DNA from: Octopus sinensis
Taxonomy: Eukaryota
Length of the DNA stretch: 64,000 nucleotides
Reading direction: 5' to 3'
NCBI RefSeq assembly: GCF_006345805.1
Contig: NC_042997.1
Location: 185,380,001 to 185,444,000, forward strand
Made by a program: the position numbers and the translations under genes. Under the pieces are notes generated by a model. That model had not been told where the DNA came from, did not search any database, and worked only from the letters and a program-made list of their open reading frames with translations. The first letter of the stretch is position 1; each line of letters starts with the position of its first letter. Below, piece after piece: positions 26,014-40,737 of this stretch.

Positions 26014-27086
26014 GTATGTATGTATGTAAGTATGTATGTATGTATGTATGAAAGCATGTATGTATGTGTGTTTGTGCATGTATGTATCAGTGAATATATA
26101 TATATATATATATACTTCTCACTACTGTTTGTCTCTGTGTGCGTACAATATTGGAATATAGGCGGAAACAGACCTAACTTTTCAAGGCAAAGAACGTTGA
26201 AGTACACATGGTAGAGCACAATAATTTAGGCGAGGAGTCTGAATGGGAGGTACACTGATTTTGACGTGTGATATTGTAGCATATAGGAATTTTGTGAACA
26301 AAATTTTGATGTAAGATGCATGGAAAGGAATAATTTAGAACGGGTTTTTTTATGCATCGGCTGCGTGGTATTTGAAAGAAATTAAGGAACTCTTTCATTG
26401 CAATTTTTTAAAGGAGTGAAGGATAGCAGATTTTGCAGATGAGATCGTTTTGGCTAGGATCCGCAACGACTAACGAAAATTTAGGAATGAAGGAACTTGC
26501 ATACTTTACGCTTCATTAATGCTTCGGTTGCTTTGCTAATGGTTATCTAACAGCATTGCAGTAATGCGGGATTTCCTTAAAAACTAGCTGGGAATACCTT
26601 TTATATTTATACTTGAATGTATTGTGCGATATATGGAGACACGAAGACATATACGCATGAGTTCGGTAAAAGTTTAGCAGTGAAGATGGACAAAAGTGAA
26701 GTACATTTTCTACTAAAAGTTTATTCGCATTTCGGCCAGAATAAATGACTTGATTTGCATTACTACTGCTGGTGTGTTGCTTTTTTAGGTCATCTCAAAA
26801 CATTACTGTTTATATGAGCACACAACACCAGAAACAGTGAGGCATTTAACACTATTGTGCAAAATCTCCCTTTACTAACTAGAGATCCAAAGATGAACGA
26901 CATCCTGAAAACGTAAAAGAGGAATAAAATGCCGACACAAAAATAGCTTTACGTATAATCAAATGAAAAGTATATGAAAACATACCCCACCCCCAGTATG
27001 TAATCTCTTAAACAATTACGAGGAAGATTGTTAAATGTAGTTTTAATAGAACAATATAATAATATTAGATTAGATACGGATATACA

Positions 27087-27493
27087 GGCGCAGGAGTGGC
27101 TGTGTGGTAAGTAGCTTGCTTACCAACCACATAGTTCCGGGTTCAGTCCCACTGCGTGGCACCTTGGGCAAGTGTCTTCTACTATAGACTCCGGCCTTGT
27201 GAGTGGATTTGGTAGACGGAAACTGAAAGAAGCCCGTCGTATATATGTATATATATATATATATGTGCGTGTGTGTTTGTGTGTCTGTGTTTGTCCCCCT
27301 AGTATTGCTTGACAACCGATGCTGGTGTGTTTATGTCCCCGTCACTTAGCGGTTCGGCAAAATAGACTGATAGAATAAGTACTGGGCTTACAAAGAATAA
27401 GTCCCGGGTCGAGTTGCTCGATTAAAGGTGGTGCTCCAGCATGGCCGCAGTCAAATGACTGAAACAAGTAGAAGAGTAAATGAGTAAAGAGAG
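27087..27493 (+). mobile_element. SINE family A, full length
   Basis: GGCGCAGGAGTGGCTGTGTGGTAAG head, GGTTCAGTCCC B-box-like, central (TA)n(TG)n, tail AAACAAGTAGAAGAG. Confidence 0.95.
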
Positions 27494-28204
27494 ATACCTA
27501 AATTCAAGAATAAATGTAAAGAATATTTCCTTTAAAAGGATTATACAGGCCACATATTAAATAAAATAAATGTTTAAATCTTGAACACTAGAAAAAAAAT
27601 CCAATTATACCTAAAGATAAGAGTATCTTATTGTTATCTCCCCTTGAATTCAACCTCTCAAATGATATCAGTGTCGAAGAATTTTTTTAGAGTACTGTAT
27701 TTTATTCCCATAATACTTAGCCCAGTACAGAAGGTGCAGCCATTTGCACAGGTTAAAGGAGTAAACATCCAGATAAGTAGTCTTCCTTTATTAATTATTG
27801 TAAATAGTTTCATTTACTAGTTCTATTCAATTAATTTATAACATATATAGAGTTTTTTTTTTTACTTTTTAAATATTATTCACTTACGTTTGACATCAAT
27901 TCCCGTAAAGTTTATATAGATAGGCGTTTTAATTTACCGTGGTTATAAAATAGTCGATGAGGGTTTCTTTATGTTTAGTACTTTCTATAAATATATATAT
28001 ATATCGCTATTATATTTGCAGGTGTTTAGTTTTATTAAATTTTAATGAATTTTTTAAAGTTTATATTTTTTAATTTTTAAAATCTTGTAAATTTTGTAAA
28101 AATATATTAGGAAGTTATATATATACATATATTTTTATTTTTAATGAGGATATGTCAGAATTTGTATGATTAAGTTGGATCCGTTAATAATAATAATAAG
28201 AAAT

Positions 28205-28285
28205 ATAACCTGAGGACGTAATGGTGGATTTATGTATTAGGTATAGCCTGTAAAATAAACCACCAGGGCAGAAACGGCGTTGATT
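28205..28285 (+). ncRNA. Degenerate HHR-like motif
   Basis: CUGAGGA 28210-28216, UGGUGG/CCACCA helix, GAAACGGCGUU. Stem I is poor. Confidence 0.4.
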
Positions 28286-28321
28286 AATATTATCTTTTTT
28301 CTCCACAGACTAATAACAGGT

Positions 28322-28365
<44 letters not shown>

Positions 28366-28607
28366 ATGTTTAAATATTACTTATTTAATTCTAATGTACC
28401 TTATTTTATTGTACGTTATAGTAGGCTTTAAAAAGATTATATTATAAGATTAATATTTTGGATAAAACATTCTATGTGTACTCCATATATGTATCTATAT
28501 ACATTGATATATATATACATAAATATATATATACACACACACATACATATATTCATATATATACGTATATATATTTAGATATATACATATACAAATTTAT
28601 ATATATA

Positions 28608-28737
28608 TTTACCTGCCAATTCTGTACAAGACATTGTAGATCTTTAGCTGGGCTAAAATGTCACATTCGATCACAGCACCAATAACGGTTAAGATTCGTG
28701 CAATGGCCATACTCGATAACGAGGGGGCAGCCATCAT
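28608..28737 (+). mobile_element. RTE LINE extreme 3' end (terminal C2H2 plus tail)
   Basis: FTCQFCTRHCRSLAGLKCHIRSQHQ* then GGCCATACTCGATAACGAGGGGGCAGCCATCATA, embedded in (TA)n. Confidence 0.7.
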
Positions 28738-28996
28738 ATATATATATATATTCTTTTAGTCTTTTCAGTCATGCGGCTGTGGTTATACTGGAGTACCACC
28801 AAATATCCGCAGCCGCGTAATAGCCACCTTCAAGCTTTTGAAAATGAACTCTGGTCTTTAATTAAGGACACGCATATCTCGCTTGTCTATGTCTTTCAGG
28901 TGTTATAATACCTGACAGAACATTTTCCACCAACACAAATCGCGACCTACCGGCAAACAGCCTGATTGTACGCCGTGTATATGTGGTTGATATATT

Positions 28997-29043
<47 letters not shown>

Positions 29044-29414
29044 CTCGTAGGGGAAACAGAGGGAGAGGGACAGAACTGAGGGGGATAATAATGAGGTAGA
29101 TAAACAAATCATGCAGCCGGGAAAGACGGACAAGATATGCAACCTACTATTGACAATAAAGCAATAACTCATCGAACTCTCAAATACTTTTATATCGAAC
29201 GACGACTTTTTGCATGATTTTCCATCAGTTCAATTTACTTCAAAAAGATACCAAAATATAAATCTTAAGGCAAGCCAGAAGATTTAAAAAGATAAACTCG
29301 AAGCAATAAATTTGATTTCTTGCTTCAGTAAGACTCTCCTAGCTTTGATCATTTCATTGGTACCATTCACATCTTTTCTAACAAAAATTACACATGCATG
29401 TAAAGCCATATATA

Positions 29415-29417
29415 TAA

Positions 29418-29452
<35 letters not shown>

Positions 29453-29481
29453 TATATATATATATATGTCTATATATATAT

Positions 29482-29516
<35 letters not shown>

Positions 29517-29857
29517 GTGTGTGTATATATATATGTATGTATGTATGTGGTGTATATATATATGTATGTATGTATGTGTGTGTATATATATATGTATGTA
29601 TGTATGTGTGTGTATATATATATGTATGTATGTATGGTGTGTATATATATATGTATGTATGTATGTGTGTGTATATATATATGTATGTATGTATGTGTGT
29701 GTATATATATATGTATGTATGTATGTGTGTGTATATATATATGTATGTATGTATGTGTGTGTATATATATATGTATGTATGTGTGTGTATATATATATGT
29801 ATGTATATATATATATATATATATTATAATATATATATATATATTATATATATATAG

Positions 29858-29925
<68 letters not shown>
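29415..29925. repeat. TA/TATG microsatellite with 30-bp higher-order period, then (GA)n
   Basis: GTATATATATATGTATGTATGTATGTGTGT repeated over about 29500-29790. Confidence 0.93.
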
Positions 29926-30559
29926 AGGCGTAGTCTCGTGTATTTACCTAAACTTAGATATGCATTCAAATACATATACACAAACATAAACACTCGCGCA
30001 CATACACATGTATATGCACATATAGTATGGCCTCCAACAGAACTAGTGATTTAAAGAAGTATGTTTTATGTATAATCAAACTATTTATTTAAATTAGTAT
30101 ACGCTATGCATAATTTATTCATAAAAACTCTCACTTGTATTCATTGAGATGAATACATGGTGTCGACTTGGACATGAGCAGAGAGAAAAATTTCTGACTG
30201 AGCGGATCATCGCATAGTATTTGATTTACGACCCGTCCAATTTGTTGCGAAACTTTTATTATTCATTATAGTAGATACTCTGTGGAACACGAGAAAATAT
30301 TTGCTGACATTGTCTCTTTCTTTTACATAAAAATGATTTCTTTACAGCAAAATGCTCAATGGAATGAGAATTATGATCCATTGTCATTTGCTGCTCTCTT
30401 GAAAAAAAAATCAAGCGAGAAAGTTTGTTGCGGCATAACATTCATGATTATTAACTATAATACACCAACTCAGAAGAATGATTAATCATGCAGAGTGATG
30501 CCTTGAATCAAAGATTTTGAAATGTTTCAGTAAGTGGGGGGGGGGGGGAATGTGTCAAT

Positions 30560-31186
30560 ACAATAGTGTCGATAGTTATTGCGAAGTTGAAAAACAATAA
30601 TCAAAAATGGTCCTTGATAACTTAGAGAAGAATATTATCAAGATTTGTGAAAGCAAATTCCAAAGTGATACACCAGATGCCTATATTAGTAGTTAAATGG
30701 GATTTCTATCGTCCTTGTGTGGGATTCTAAGGTGTTACAAAACACCATTTCGGGAAACAAACATCTTTCAATGTTGCTGTAATCATGTATGATGGTTCGA
30801 ACAAAGAATTTTGTAAAGAGATATCATCATGGCGAGAATTTATAGATACAAAAGAGCCTGACAATATTGAAAGATGGCATAACTGCGTAATATTAACTGA
30901 AGAGCAAAGAACAATAATAACGTAATATAAACACGGATAGTAATGTAACATACTTGGAGCTGTTACAGAAATACAAGGTGGATATTTTGGCTGGTACAAA
31001 ATTTTAAAAGATTTAAAAAGGAATAAGTGAAGCTGCACGGAGTTGGGGCCGGTAAGCTTCATTACATATTTCATTTCATTTTTCATTTCATCTTGTTTAC
31101 ATACGTTGTTTCTTTTTGTTTGTTTCATGTCCCCACATGTTTTGTATTGTCCCCCTTCAGTGTGTACCCCTTGTGGGAAATAAAAA
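30560..31186 (+). mobile_element. Tx1/L1-clade LINE 3' fragment
   Basis: Degenerate C..C...ET..F.C segment, T-rich 3' UTR and tail TTGTCCCCCTTCAGTGTGTACCCCTTGTGGGAAATAAAAA. Confidence 0.55.
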
Positions 31187-33817
31187 ATTTAGTTCGTAAC
31201 TTAGTCTTCGAAGTCCAAGTACAGTTTACAGTTCGAGTTAGTGTGTTGGAAATATTGATTGTTGGTTCGTAAAAGATTGTTAGTTCTTTGCCGCTGTGTC
31301 TTTTTTTTTTTTTTTGCTGTTATAACTCTCTTACAGTGTATTCTTTATCTATTGTCGACAATATCAACAGTACTACGATATTGGAGGCGTAAGGATATAA
31401 CACCAACTATTTTAAAGCATTCAATATGAAGTTGATCGAAATATTAAAATATACTGCAAAGAATCAAAGGTTTGTTTACTGAAATGAATATCAGAAAAGA
31501 GATCTACAAAATTTGAGATATATTCATAAATTCTAAACTGCGATAAACCTTACACAATAGAAGATTTCAATATCTCTATTTTTACTAATCTTGATGGAAG
31601 ATATCAAAGTATAATTTGAATGGTTTTTGAACAAGGTAACTACCCTTTAGATGATTAGCATCGTCTGAAAGATTATGCTCACAGCCTAAAGGATTGATTA
31701 CTTTTTTCTAAGATCAATTTTATTAAACCATACAAATTTTTCGAGCATCACTTTATTGACAGCGATTATATTTACATTACGGATATTAGCTGCAAACTGG
31801 TACATGTAATTCGAGATTGTGGATTCACTTTTAGAAATAAAACACCTTTAATGCCAGGTCTTGTGTGTGAATCTATAGTTAGCTTATTTTGTTATATTTT
31901 GCAAAATGGCTTATTGTTTGAACGCAGGGTTATTTCCAGACGATTCTTGATAAGCACACCTTATATTAAATATAAATAAAACAGGTGCAGCAGCTATCAT
32001 GTATATAGTTATAAGACATTCCTCGTCTTGAGAGAAAGTAACGAAACTGAAACTGAGTATCCGGCAACAGAAACGTGAGCAATCTGATAGCGCCATTTGC
32101 TTTCACCGTAGAGAGAAAAAAAACAGAGAGCGGGGAGACAAAGGAATTCCGATGACAAGAACATTTCCAAATAATGTTGAAACTATCGAATGAACGAAAA
32201 ATAGTAAATAGTAAATCAATTTTGGGACGTGTTAGAACGTCAGGGACTGAATAGTCTAATCCTTTGTGCTTATATATATATAAATATATGTATGTAAGAA
32301 GTTAGTGAACAAGGATTATTTGGTCTTAAAACTTCACCGTGTTATTTAAGGATCACCCCAAAACGATGTATATATGTGTTCGTAATTCCTACGTACTATC
32401 CCCAGCTTATGTAATCTAGTATATGTTTGTGGCAAATGCACACCTTTTGTTCTTGGATGTTAGATGTACATTGTCTCTTTGTTTAGCACTATTGTCTCGC
32501 ACTTAGGCATCATTGTCTTAGCTAAATCTGCCGTAAAATTTCGGATCCGATTTCTAGTCGAGGAAAAAACATGCTATCTTGATGTGCTCTTTATTGTGGC
32601 AATGGATAAGGCGTTGTTAAATCAATTTCGGAAACCATGTAGAAAGGTAATAAGTGCACTCTTTTCTCCTTTCGCTTATATATATTTATATATATAATCA
32701 CATACAGCAGCACCATGAAGTTCTCTTTTCGTTATGAATTCCGGATAATAAAATTTACATTTGCACGAGTAATAAAAAACGTTCTAAATGTTCGTTGCTT
32801 TGGGTGTGGCTCTAGTGACCTTGCATATCATAAAGATAAAACGAAAAGTGCTATTTTCATATAAATGTAGCAATAGAAGCCAACGTTTTTGCTGAGATTT
32901 GCAGTTGCAAAGGTTATAAAAGCAAATAAAATTGATATTGGTTTTTTTTTCCTGCTGCACCTTTTCAGGAATTTATGGGTACATATTAAAATACCAGTGT
33001 CTGTGAATCTAGTTGATATTGAGTGAAATCTAAAGTTTACTGTTTTACGAAATTGCTTATCTGGTTCAAATACTCTCAAGCAGACTTTACTAAATTTACA
33101 GACAAACACACACATATACACACATACCAACTCGCACACACATGCCCTCGCGCGTTTGTGTGTTAAAATAATGTTGGGTTTTTAATCAATTTTAATATCA
33201 ATGAAACATTTACTTTGTAATGTGTCCTAAAAATGTCTTCATATGCGTTACCTTCGGTGACATAAAATGAATGATACATCAGATTACTTTCAATTCTGTA
33301 TTGAGATTTCACGAGCGTCTTAATAGCATCTATAGGGACATTGCATATAAACTCGCGCGTTAAGCGATTTTCTTAAATATTATATAGTATAATACCGAGT
33401 ATACCAGTAAAATTTAATGAATTGTATGTTATAGACAAATGTAAAATTCTTCATAAAATATCTGTAAATACCTCACACTATCTACACCTGTCTACTGCTT
33501 AAATTATTAGCTACAACCTATACACTTCGGTGTATATTGTTGAAAAACAATATTAACAAACTAGTAATTTATTAATCGAATTAGCAGTTAAATATCTTAT
33601 GTAACTTAGTCTCTTATGTACTTAAACTATTACTAAGCAATAGCCGTGTGGACAGTTGAAGATGATACTCAGACAATAAACTCTCAAAGCAGTATTGTAA
33701 TTAGTCTAATTCTTCGCCTTTTTGTCCAGTGTATTCATTTGTCTACTACATACACAGTTGAGTAAAATCATTAGATATATTCTGTAGCACATAATATATG
33801 TGCTAAGAAAACGGTTC

Positions 33818-34199
33818 TCTCTTTTACTTGTTTCAGTCATCTGACTGTGGTCATGCTGGAGCACCGCCTTTAGTCGAGCAAATTGACTCCAGGACTTATT
33901 CTTTGTAAGCCCAGTACTTATTCTATCGGTCTCTTTTTGCCGAACCGCTAGGTTACAGGGACGTAAACACACCAGCATCGGTTGTCAAGCAACATTGGGG
34001 GAGGGAACAAACACAGACACACAAACACATACATATATATACGACGGGATTCTTTCAGTTTCCGTCTACCAAATCCACTCACAAGGCTTTGGTCGGCTCG
34101 AGGCTATAGAAGACACTTGCCCAAGGTGCTACGCAGTGGGACTGAACCCGGAATCATGTGGTTCGTAAGCAAGCTACTTACCACACAGCCAATCCTACG
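33818..34199 (-). mobile_element. SINE family A
   Basis: Reverse complement of family A consensus. Confidence 0.93.
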
Positions 34200-35805
34200 G
34201 TTATTAATAAATTCTAAATGGTATAACATCCTACTGTTTAACAGCAAATGTACAATGGTCATATAAAGCCATTCGCCTCGCCTACTAAGATAAATTGGGT
34301 TTTGTTGCAATTCCTGAAGAATCTTCTTAGATTGTTGATCCAACAATTCCCTTATTTGTTCCATAAGTAGACTTAGGTCACATGATTATATGTGAAGGAA
34401 TTCATGCAAAGTTTTCAACATGGAAGGCGTTGTTTATTCTAAGACAAGCAAATACAACTTTATAGTTATAGGAGTAGCTCAAACGATCAGATATTCCATT
34501 ATCAAACACATTCAAAACTGTGTAGCATTCTTGACTTGTTATACGCTGATGCTGTAAGCGTCGACTTGCCGTAGGTTATCCATCACACCGATATAAATTT
34601 CTAATCTAAAACCTGTCAGATCCTGTAAGATTCGAAGAAATATGGATTTGTTTGTTATCATGTAAATGTTTGTTTGGAGCAGTAGATTATTTGTGAAAGT
34701 CAAATGCTTTTAGAATATAATAGCCTTGCATTAATAAGCTATTAATCTTAAGACACCATTCCTAAGTTGAATGATAGTGATCAGGACGGCTGTCAGCCTA
34801 TGTGTGATGTATACATGCGGGTAGAGCAGACGATAGTGGCTGAAACAAATGGAAACAAATCTGACAATGTTATAAAGAATGATATCAGCTGAATGGTCTC
34901 TTTTAAGCAATAATAATTGTAATTGGAGTTCAAGGGTTGGAATTTAAACAAAAATGTGTATACAGTGCTTTTATAAATGATATAAGGCGCGGAAAATTTT
35001 GGAAATAATCCAGAAAAGAAATTGGTTCAGATGCAAATGCGTCAATGTACCCATGATGGAAGACCATTTGAATATTGCTTTTATAAGGCCGTTCTATTGC
35101 AGCGAAGAGAATGGGTGTATACATAGTATATGCGTATGATGTATGAATAATTGTTTCTAACAGAGGCAAAAACTACGAAATTTTTGTGAAGATATGATAA
35201 GAGTAATCGCCAAAGTACTTGATCATTACTTGATTTTATTCTCCGAGAACGGTTTAAGGCATTCCAGTCTTGACCCGGTTTTGATTTAGACTAATTCAAT
35301 AACACAAGGAATTTCTTTTTTCCAGCTCGTTGCTAATTCAGCGTTTTGCTACTCTTAGTGATTACTAACGGTAACGACAAAAAATGTCGCGTACGAATCT
35401 TCTATCAATGTACAATACGTGTACACACATATGAATACACAAATACACACTGGCCCATATGCACACACTATGAAAGAAAAAAACAATAGCATTCGCTATT
35501 TTGGTTGTCTTCGTTAGCCCCAGCACAACCAGACTGAAAGGCTTCCGTGAAAATCCGAGTAGCCTTAGTCAAAATAATCAACTTTATACAAATAAACAAA
35601 CACTAGCGAATCTATTCATTACTCTTTTTCACGTTTGTATTCCAAAACTGAATATCTACATAAACAAATGATGTATATCTATGTGTGCGTATGTAGAAAA
35701 ATGGTGAAAGTGCACAGAGCTTCATTTAGAATTTTTTTTTTAATTAAAGATATTTAAAGACAACTGGTTTTACAGATGTCTTTGATTTTCAAAAGTTGAG
35801 AGGTA

Positions 35806-36196
35806 GGCGTAGTAGTGGCTGTTGTGTGGTAAGTAGCTTGCTTACCAACCACATGGTTCCGGGTTCAGTCCCACTACGTGGCACCTTGGGCAAGTGTCTT
35901 CTATAGCCTCGGGCCGACCAAAGCCTTGAGTGGATTTGGTAGACAGAAGCTAAAAGAAGCATGTCGTATGTATATATATGTGTGTGTGTGTGTCTGTGTT
36001 TGCCCCCCACCCAGCATCGCTTGACAGCCGATGCTGGTGTGTTTACGTCCCCGTAATTTAGCGGTTCGGCAAAAGAGACCGATAGAAGTACTAGGCTTTC
36101 AAAGTCCTGGGGTCGATTTGCTCGACTAAAGGCGGTGCTCCAGCATGGCCACAGTCAAATGACTGAAATAAGTAAAAGAGAGTAAAGAGAAAAAGA
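35806..36196 (+). mobile_element. SINE family A
   Basis: Head, central microsatellite and AAAAGAG tail. Confidence 0.93.
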
Positions 36197-37544
36197 CCGG
36201 GAACTACAGTACAGTTGTCTTGCTTCTGATTGTATTTCAAAAATTGCCTTGTTTTTATAAAGAGAACATGGCTCCAATTAGTATGTGTTTTGAATAAGTT
36301 TTGATTAGTCGAGGATGATCACGTGATCCGGATCTGGTTTAGAAATTTTTGTAAGTTCTCCACTAAATCCATTATTTAATGTCATGATAATATATTTGGT
36401 GCTGTCAGTTGAAGCTGTCACGGTTGTGTGAATATGACTAGTGATAATTCATCAACGCTGTCTGAATTCTGTCGGTCAAATGTAGGCTACAAAGAAACAA
36501 CGACTATCCATTCTACCAGTTGACAGATTAAATTTAGAAAGCATTATTTTCGGACTGTCACTCAAGCAACTTTGATTTTCGGCACAAATATATAGTCACA
36601 TGATATTAACGCTCGGTCGTAGTGGGGATCCTACAAGTGCTTCTAAGATTTCTAATCACCTGATCATCCTCTACTACGTTTGGAAGATAAAATTCAGACA
36701 GCCATAACAACTGAACATTATAACCTATCCTACACAGACAACACCAGACAGACTACTATAAGACATAAGCTTAATCAGTACTCGGTACTGTAATACGAAC
36801 AACTCATACCCTACCCAATTACCACTCAATAATGTAACACAACTCACAATTCTCAAGGCAAAAACTGTACACCATATCTTACACTAAATGACATAATAGG
36901 ATAACTCACGTATCGAATATCAAACACAATTCGCATTGCATATGCTATAAATTGTATAAACTAGGGTATTCGTCTATGACTGACAAGTATATTCAATTTA
37001 TTGTAATTAATGATACACGCCGTACAGGGTCAGATGCCGAAGTTTATTTTAAGATGTCATAACATCAAAATGGACACTGGCTATGTGACAGTAATTTAAT
37101 AGAAATAAATGCCAAGAAAACATCAGTTATGAACATTAGTTGTTCAGATACATAAAAATATACCTACCTATCTACCCACTCACACACACGTTTATAAATA
37201 CGTAGTTCACGAAGTACAATCATAACGACCTTTGAAACTTTAGTCCATTTGACTTCTCTTTTCTCTGTCGACGGTGGAATTGTATTTAAAAAGACAGTCA
37301 TTTACGGCTGAATGATATATTTGATTAATTAAGATTAATTACGTTCGCAGTGCAAACTCAGATCTACAGCTTTTTCTGTTGTGTATCATTGAATCAGAAT
37401 TTGCTTAGAGCATAAATAACAAAAGTGAAGTGATATAACCTCAAACAGGAATCTAAACTGCTTTTTCTCTTTCGCGTTACGGAAACCTGTGATTTTTTTT
37501 TTTATGTTACGCCGCTAATAATCAAGTGAAGTCAAATTCTGGCA

Positions 37545-38400
37545 GCTTTTGAGGGGGGGAGCAAGTCAGTGACATCAATCACAGTACTAAATAGGTATTT
37601 ATTTATCGACCCTGAAAGGATGAAGAGCGAAGTCGACTTTGGTTGAATTTGAAATTAAAACGTAAATATGAACGGAATGCCGCTAAGCACTATGGCCAGC
37701 GTGCTAACGATTATGACATCTAACCGCCTTTTTCCTAATAGTAATATCCTTTCTACTAAAGTTACAAGGCCAGAAATTTTGTGGGAAGGGGACTAGTCGA
37801 TTACATCGACTCCAGTGTTTCACTGGTACTTTATTTATCGACCCCGAAAGGACGAAAGGCAAAGTCAACCTCGTCGGAATTTGAACTCAGAACATTAAGA
37901 CGGACTTGCTAATAATTCTGCCAACTCGACGCCTAATATCATTAGTATATTACTTATTTCTTTATTGCCCACAAGGGTCTAAACATAGAGGGGAAAAACA
38001 AGGACAGATAAAAGGATTAAATCGATTACATCGACCACAGTGCGTAACTGGTACTTAATTTATTGATCTCGAAAGGCTGAAAGGCAAAGTCGACATCGGC
38101 GGAATTTGAACTCAGAACATTAAGACGGACGTGCTAATGATTCTGCCAACTCGCCGCCTAATATCATTAGTATATTACTATTAAAAGAAAGGCGGCGAGC
38201 TGACAGAATTATTAGCACCCCGGGCAAAGTGCATAGAAGCATTTCGTCCCCCTTTACATTCTGAGTTCAAATTCCGCCGAGACCAACTTTACCTTTCATC
38301 CTATCGGGGTCGATGAAATAAGTATCAGTTAAGCACTAGGGTCGATGTAATCGACTTACTCATCCCACGAAATGCTGGCCTTGTGCCAAAATTTGAAACC
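37545..38400. mobile_element. Cluster of four SINE-B copies (three minus, one plus)
   Basis: Approximately 37545-37730, 37745-37933 and 37955-38158 (-), and 38190-38400 (+). Confidence 0.88.
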
Positions 38401-40299
38401 AATATACTAATTATATCGGAGTACTAGGAATGGCGAAGATCTACATGAACAAAGCCATAAAATAATGATATTCGATGTACATTTGAGATTTGGTTTGAGG
38501 TAGCTTGCACTCTCCTCGGGTAGTATTTTTAGGCAAACTGTATTTGGTTAGTGGAAGAACATCATATAAAATCTGAGTTAAATACGGAGCCATGACAAAA
38601 TCGAACGAATTTATAAATATCTTCCTCTCCAAAAATATCAACGAAAGTTATTGATGTGACCCGTACATTTGAGAACAATTTATGAAAATACTACGTAGCG
38701 CTCTTTAGTGTTTCGTTTACACGGAATTGTTAGCTCAAATATATTATACTCACCTGGTTGTGTTGATGTCATTAAAAAGTTGATGCTAGTGTCATTAAAA
38801 AGTTGACGCTAATGTCATAAAAAAGTTGACGTTGTGAAGCACATTAAAAGTATTAACTGTATAAAATTTTTTACTGACTCTTTCTAACAAAACACTAAAA
38901 TATTTTGATGTTGTTAAACCCGTTTATTATTTTAACAAAAGGTATTTATGACGTTGACAAACTGTAACTTATGACACTCGTGCAGAATCATAAAGTGTCT
39001 AACTGACCAAATGTTATAAAATATCTTAGTGAGTCAATATTGTAAAACGGCTGCATCGATAAAACATTTTCCTGTCAAATACTGCAAGACAATTCCCTGA
39101 ATTACAAAATAACTTCTAGTAAATTGTCTTACAGAATTAGTGTCGTAAAATATTTTCCTATAGTTATTGTCATAAAATTACTTACTGTGGTAGAGAAATG
39201 TTTGATTACAGATGTTATAAAATACTTGAGTGTAATAAAACATCTTAAACGCTTAATGCATTAATATAATGAAACATCTCTCCCTCTAACTCTCCCTTTG
39301 TCTCCAGACTTCTATATGAATGTAGTGTTTTGGGTATTTTTGCTCTGTCACGTTAAATGTAAATATATATTCAGTTATTGTAGTCTGTAATCTAGTGACT
39401 GTTAAATACATCGACGACACAATGAATAAGTTTAAATAATAATGTTTAAATAAAAGCATCACCGGAATTAATACTATTCTGCTTAACGCTGAGGAAACCA
39501 CATATTATTCATTGTTTCATTAAACATTTTTTAATGTAATTAACATTTTATATAGGTTTCTACCTCTAACATAAAAAATGTGGAAACACCATAAAAATAT
39601 TTCATCCCTCATGGGTGTTGTCTGACTGTCTCATAACGAATATAAAAAAATGATTAGGTTTTCGTTTTCTTAAAAGTGTTTCATCACTTTGTGAATACCA
39701 CGTGAATCATGTTATTGGTTTTGAGAATTACTTTACAATGAGCGTGAAGTGACAAGAAGAGGCTAAAAAAAATTCTGCTGTATTTGAAGAAGGTAAAAGC
39801 CTGCAAAAAATTATTGTATAAAGGAAAAAAATGGGTGAATTAGCTATCACAGAGTGCGCTTAAAAAAAAAGGAGTAAATACCTTTTTAAATTGCGGCTCA
39901 GACAAATTCGTCGCGAAATCATTTAGATCAATGTTTCTCGTTACAAGCTCTTAATAATTTGCAAAATGTTATGTTGTTTGTCGGGAGAGAAAAAAAGTGA
40001 AAAGAAAAAGAGGAACAAGCAAGGAAAAAAACGAAAAGCTGATGCAAAGAATATAGGGGGCAGAAAAAAATAAGAGAGAATGGGGAAAAAAATCTTTCAA
40101 AAATAAAGGTTTTAAGAAAAGTGATAGAAAAAAAATATTAAAGAAATGAGAACGAGAGAAAGAAAGAAAGAGGCTAGCAAATATGAAAATACGTTGTTGT
40201 TCCTACTACTTTCTACGTTTTCAACGTTCGGAGTCCTATGTCAGCAGGGACCAAGAAGATCTGAAGTTTTTCAACAATGATAATTTCACCGCTTTTTTC

Positions 40300-40453
40300 A
40301 GGTAAAGTCTATGTAGGATTTGCTTCCTTACCTTATGAATCCTGGTTCAGTCCCAGTACGTGGCACTTTGGGCAAGTGTCTTCTAGTATAGCCTCGGGCT
40401 GACCCAAAGCCTTGTCAGTGGATTTGATAGACGGAAACTCAAAGATGCCTATC

Positions 40454-40515
<62 letters not shown>

Positions 40516-40737
40516 GTGTGTGCTTGTATATTTGTTTTCCCCCAATACCGCTTGACAACCGGTGTTGGTGTATTTACGTGTCCATAACATAGCACTTCGG
40601 TAAAAAATACCGATAGAATAAGTACCAGTCTTTATATAAAAAATAGTACTGGGGCCGATAAGTTCGGCTAAAATTCTTCAAGCGGTGCCCCATTATGGCT
40701 GCAGTCTAATGACTAAAATAAGTAAAAGGTAAAAGAT
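40300..40737 (+). mobile_element. Diverged SINE family A
   Basis: GGTTCAGTCCC..GGCACTTTGGGCAAGTGTCTT, (TA)n, AAGTAAAAG tail. Confidence 0.85.

Noticed and set aside
28309-28319. Plus-strand 11-nt microexon (CTCCACAG / GTAAGG)
   Set aside because: It is isolated, lies in a probable repeat remnant, and is on the opposite strand from the other candidates.
28608-28685. C2H2 zinc finger suggesting a host ZNF gene
   Set aside because: It is a single finger followed by a stop and an RTE-type tail, with no linker or array.
38765-38835. Three ~23-bp tandem units (GTCATTAAAAAGTTGA..)
   Set aside because: An ordinary short minisatellite with no supporting context.
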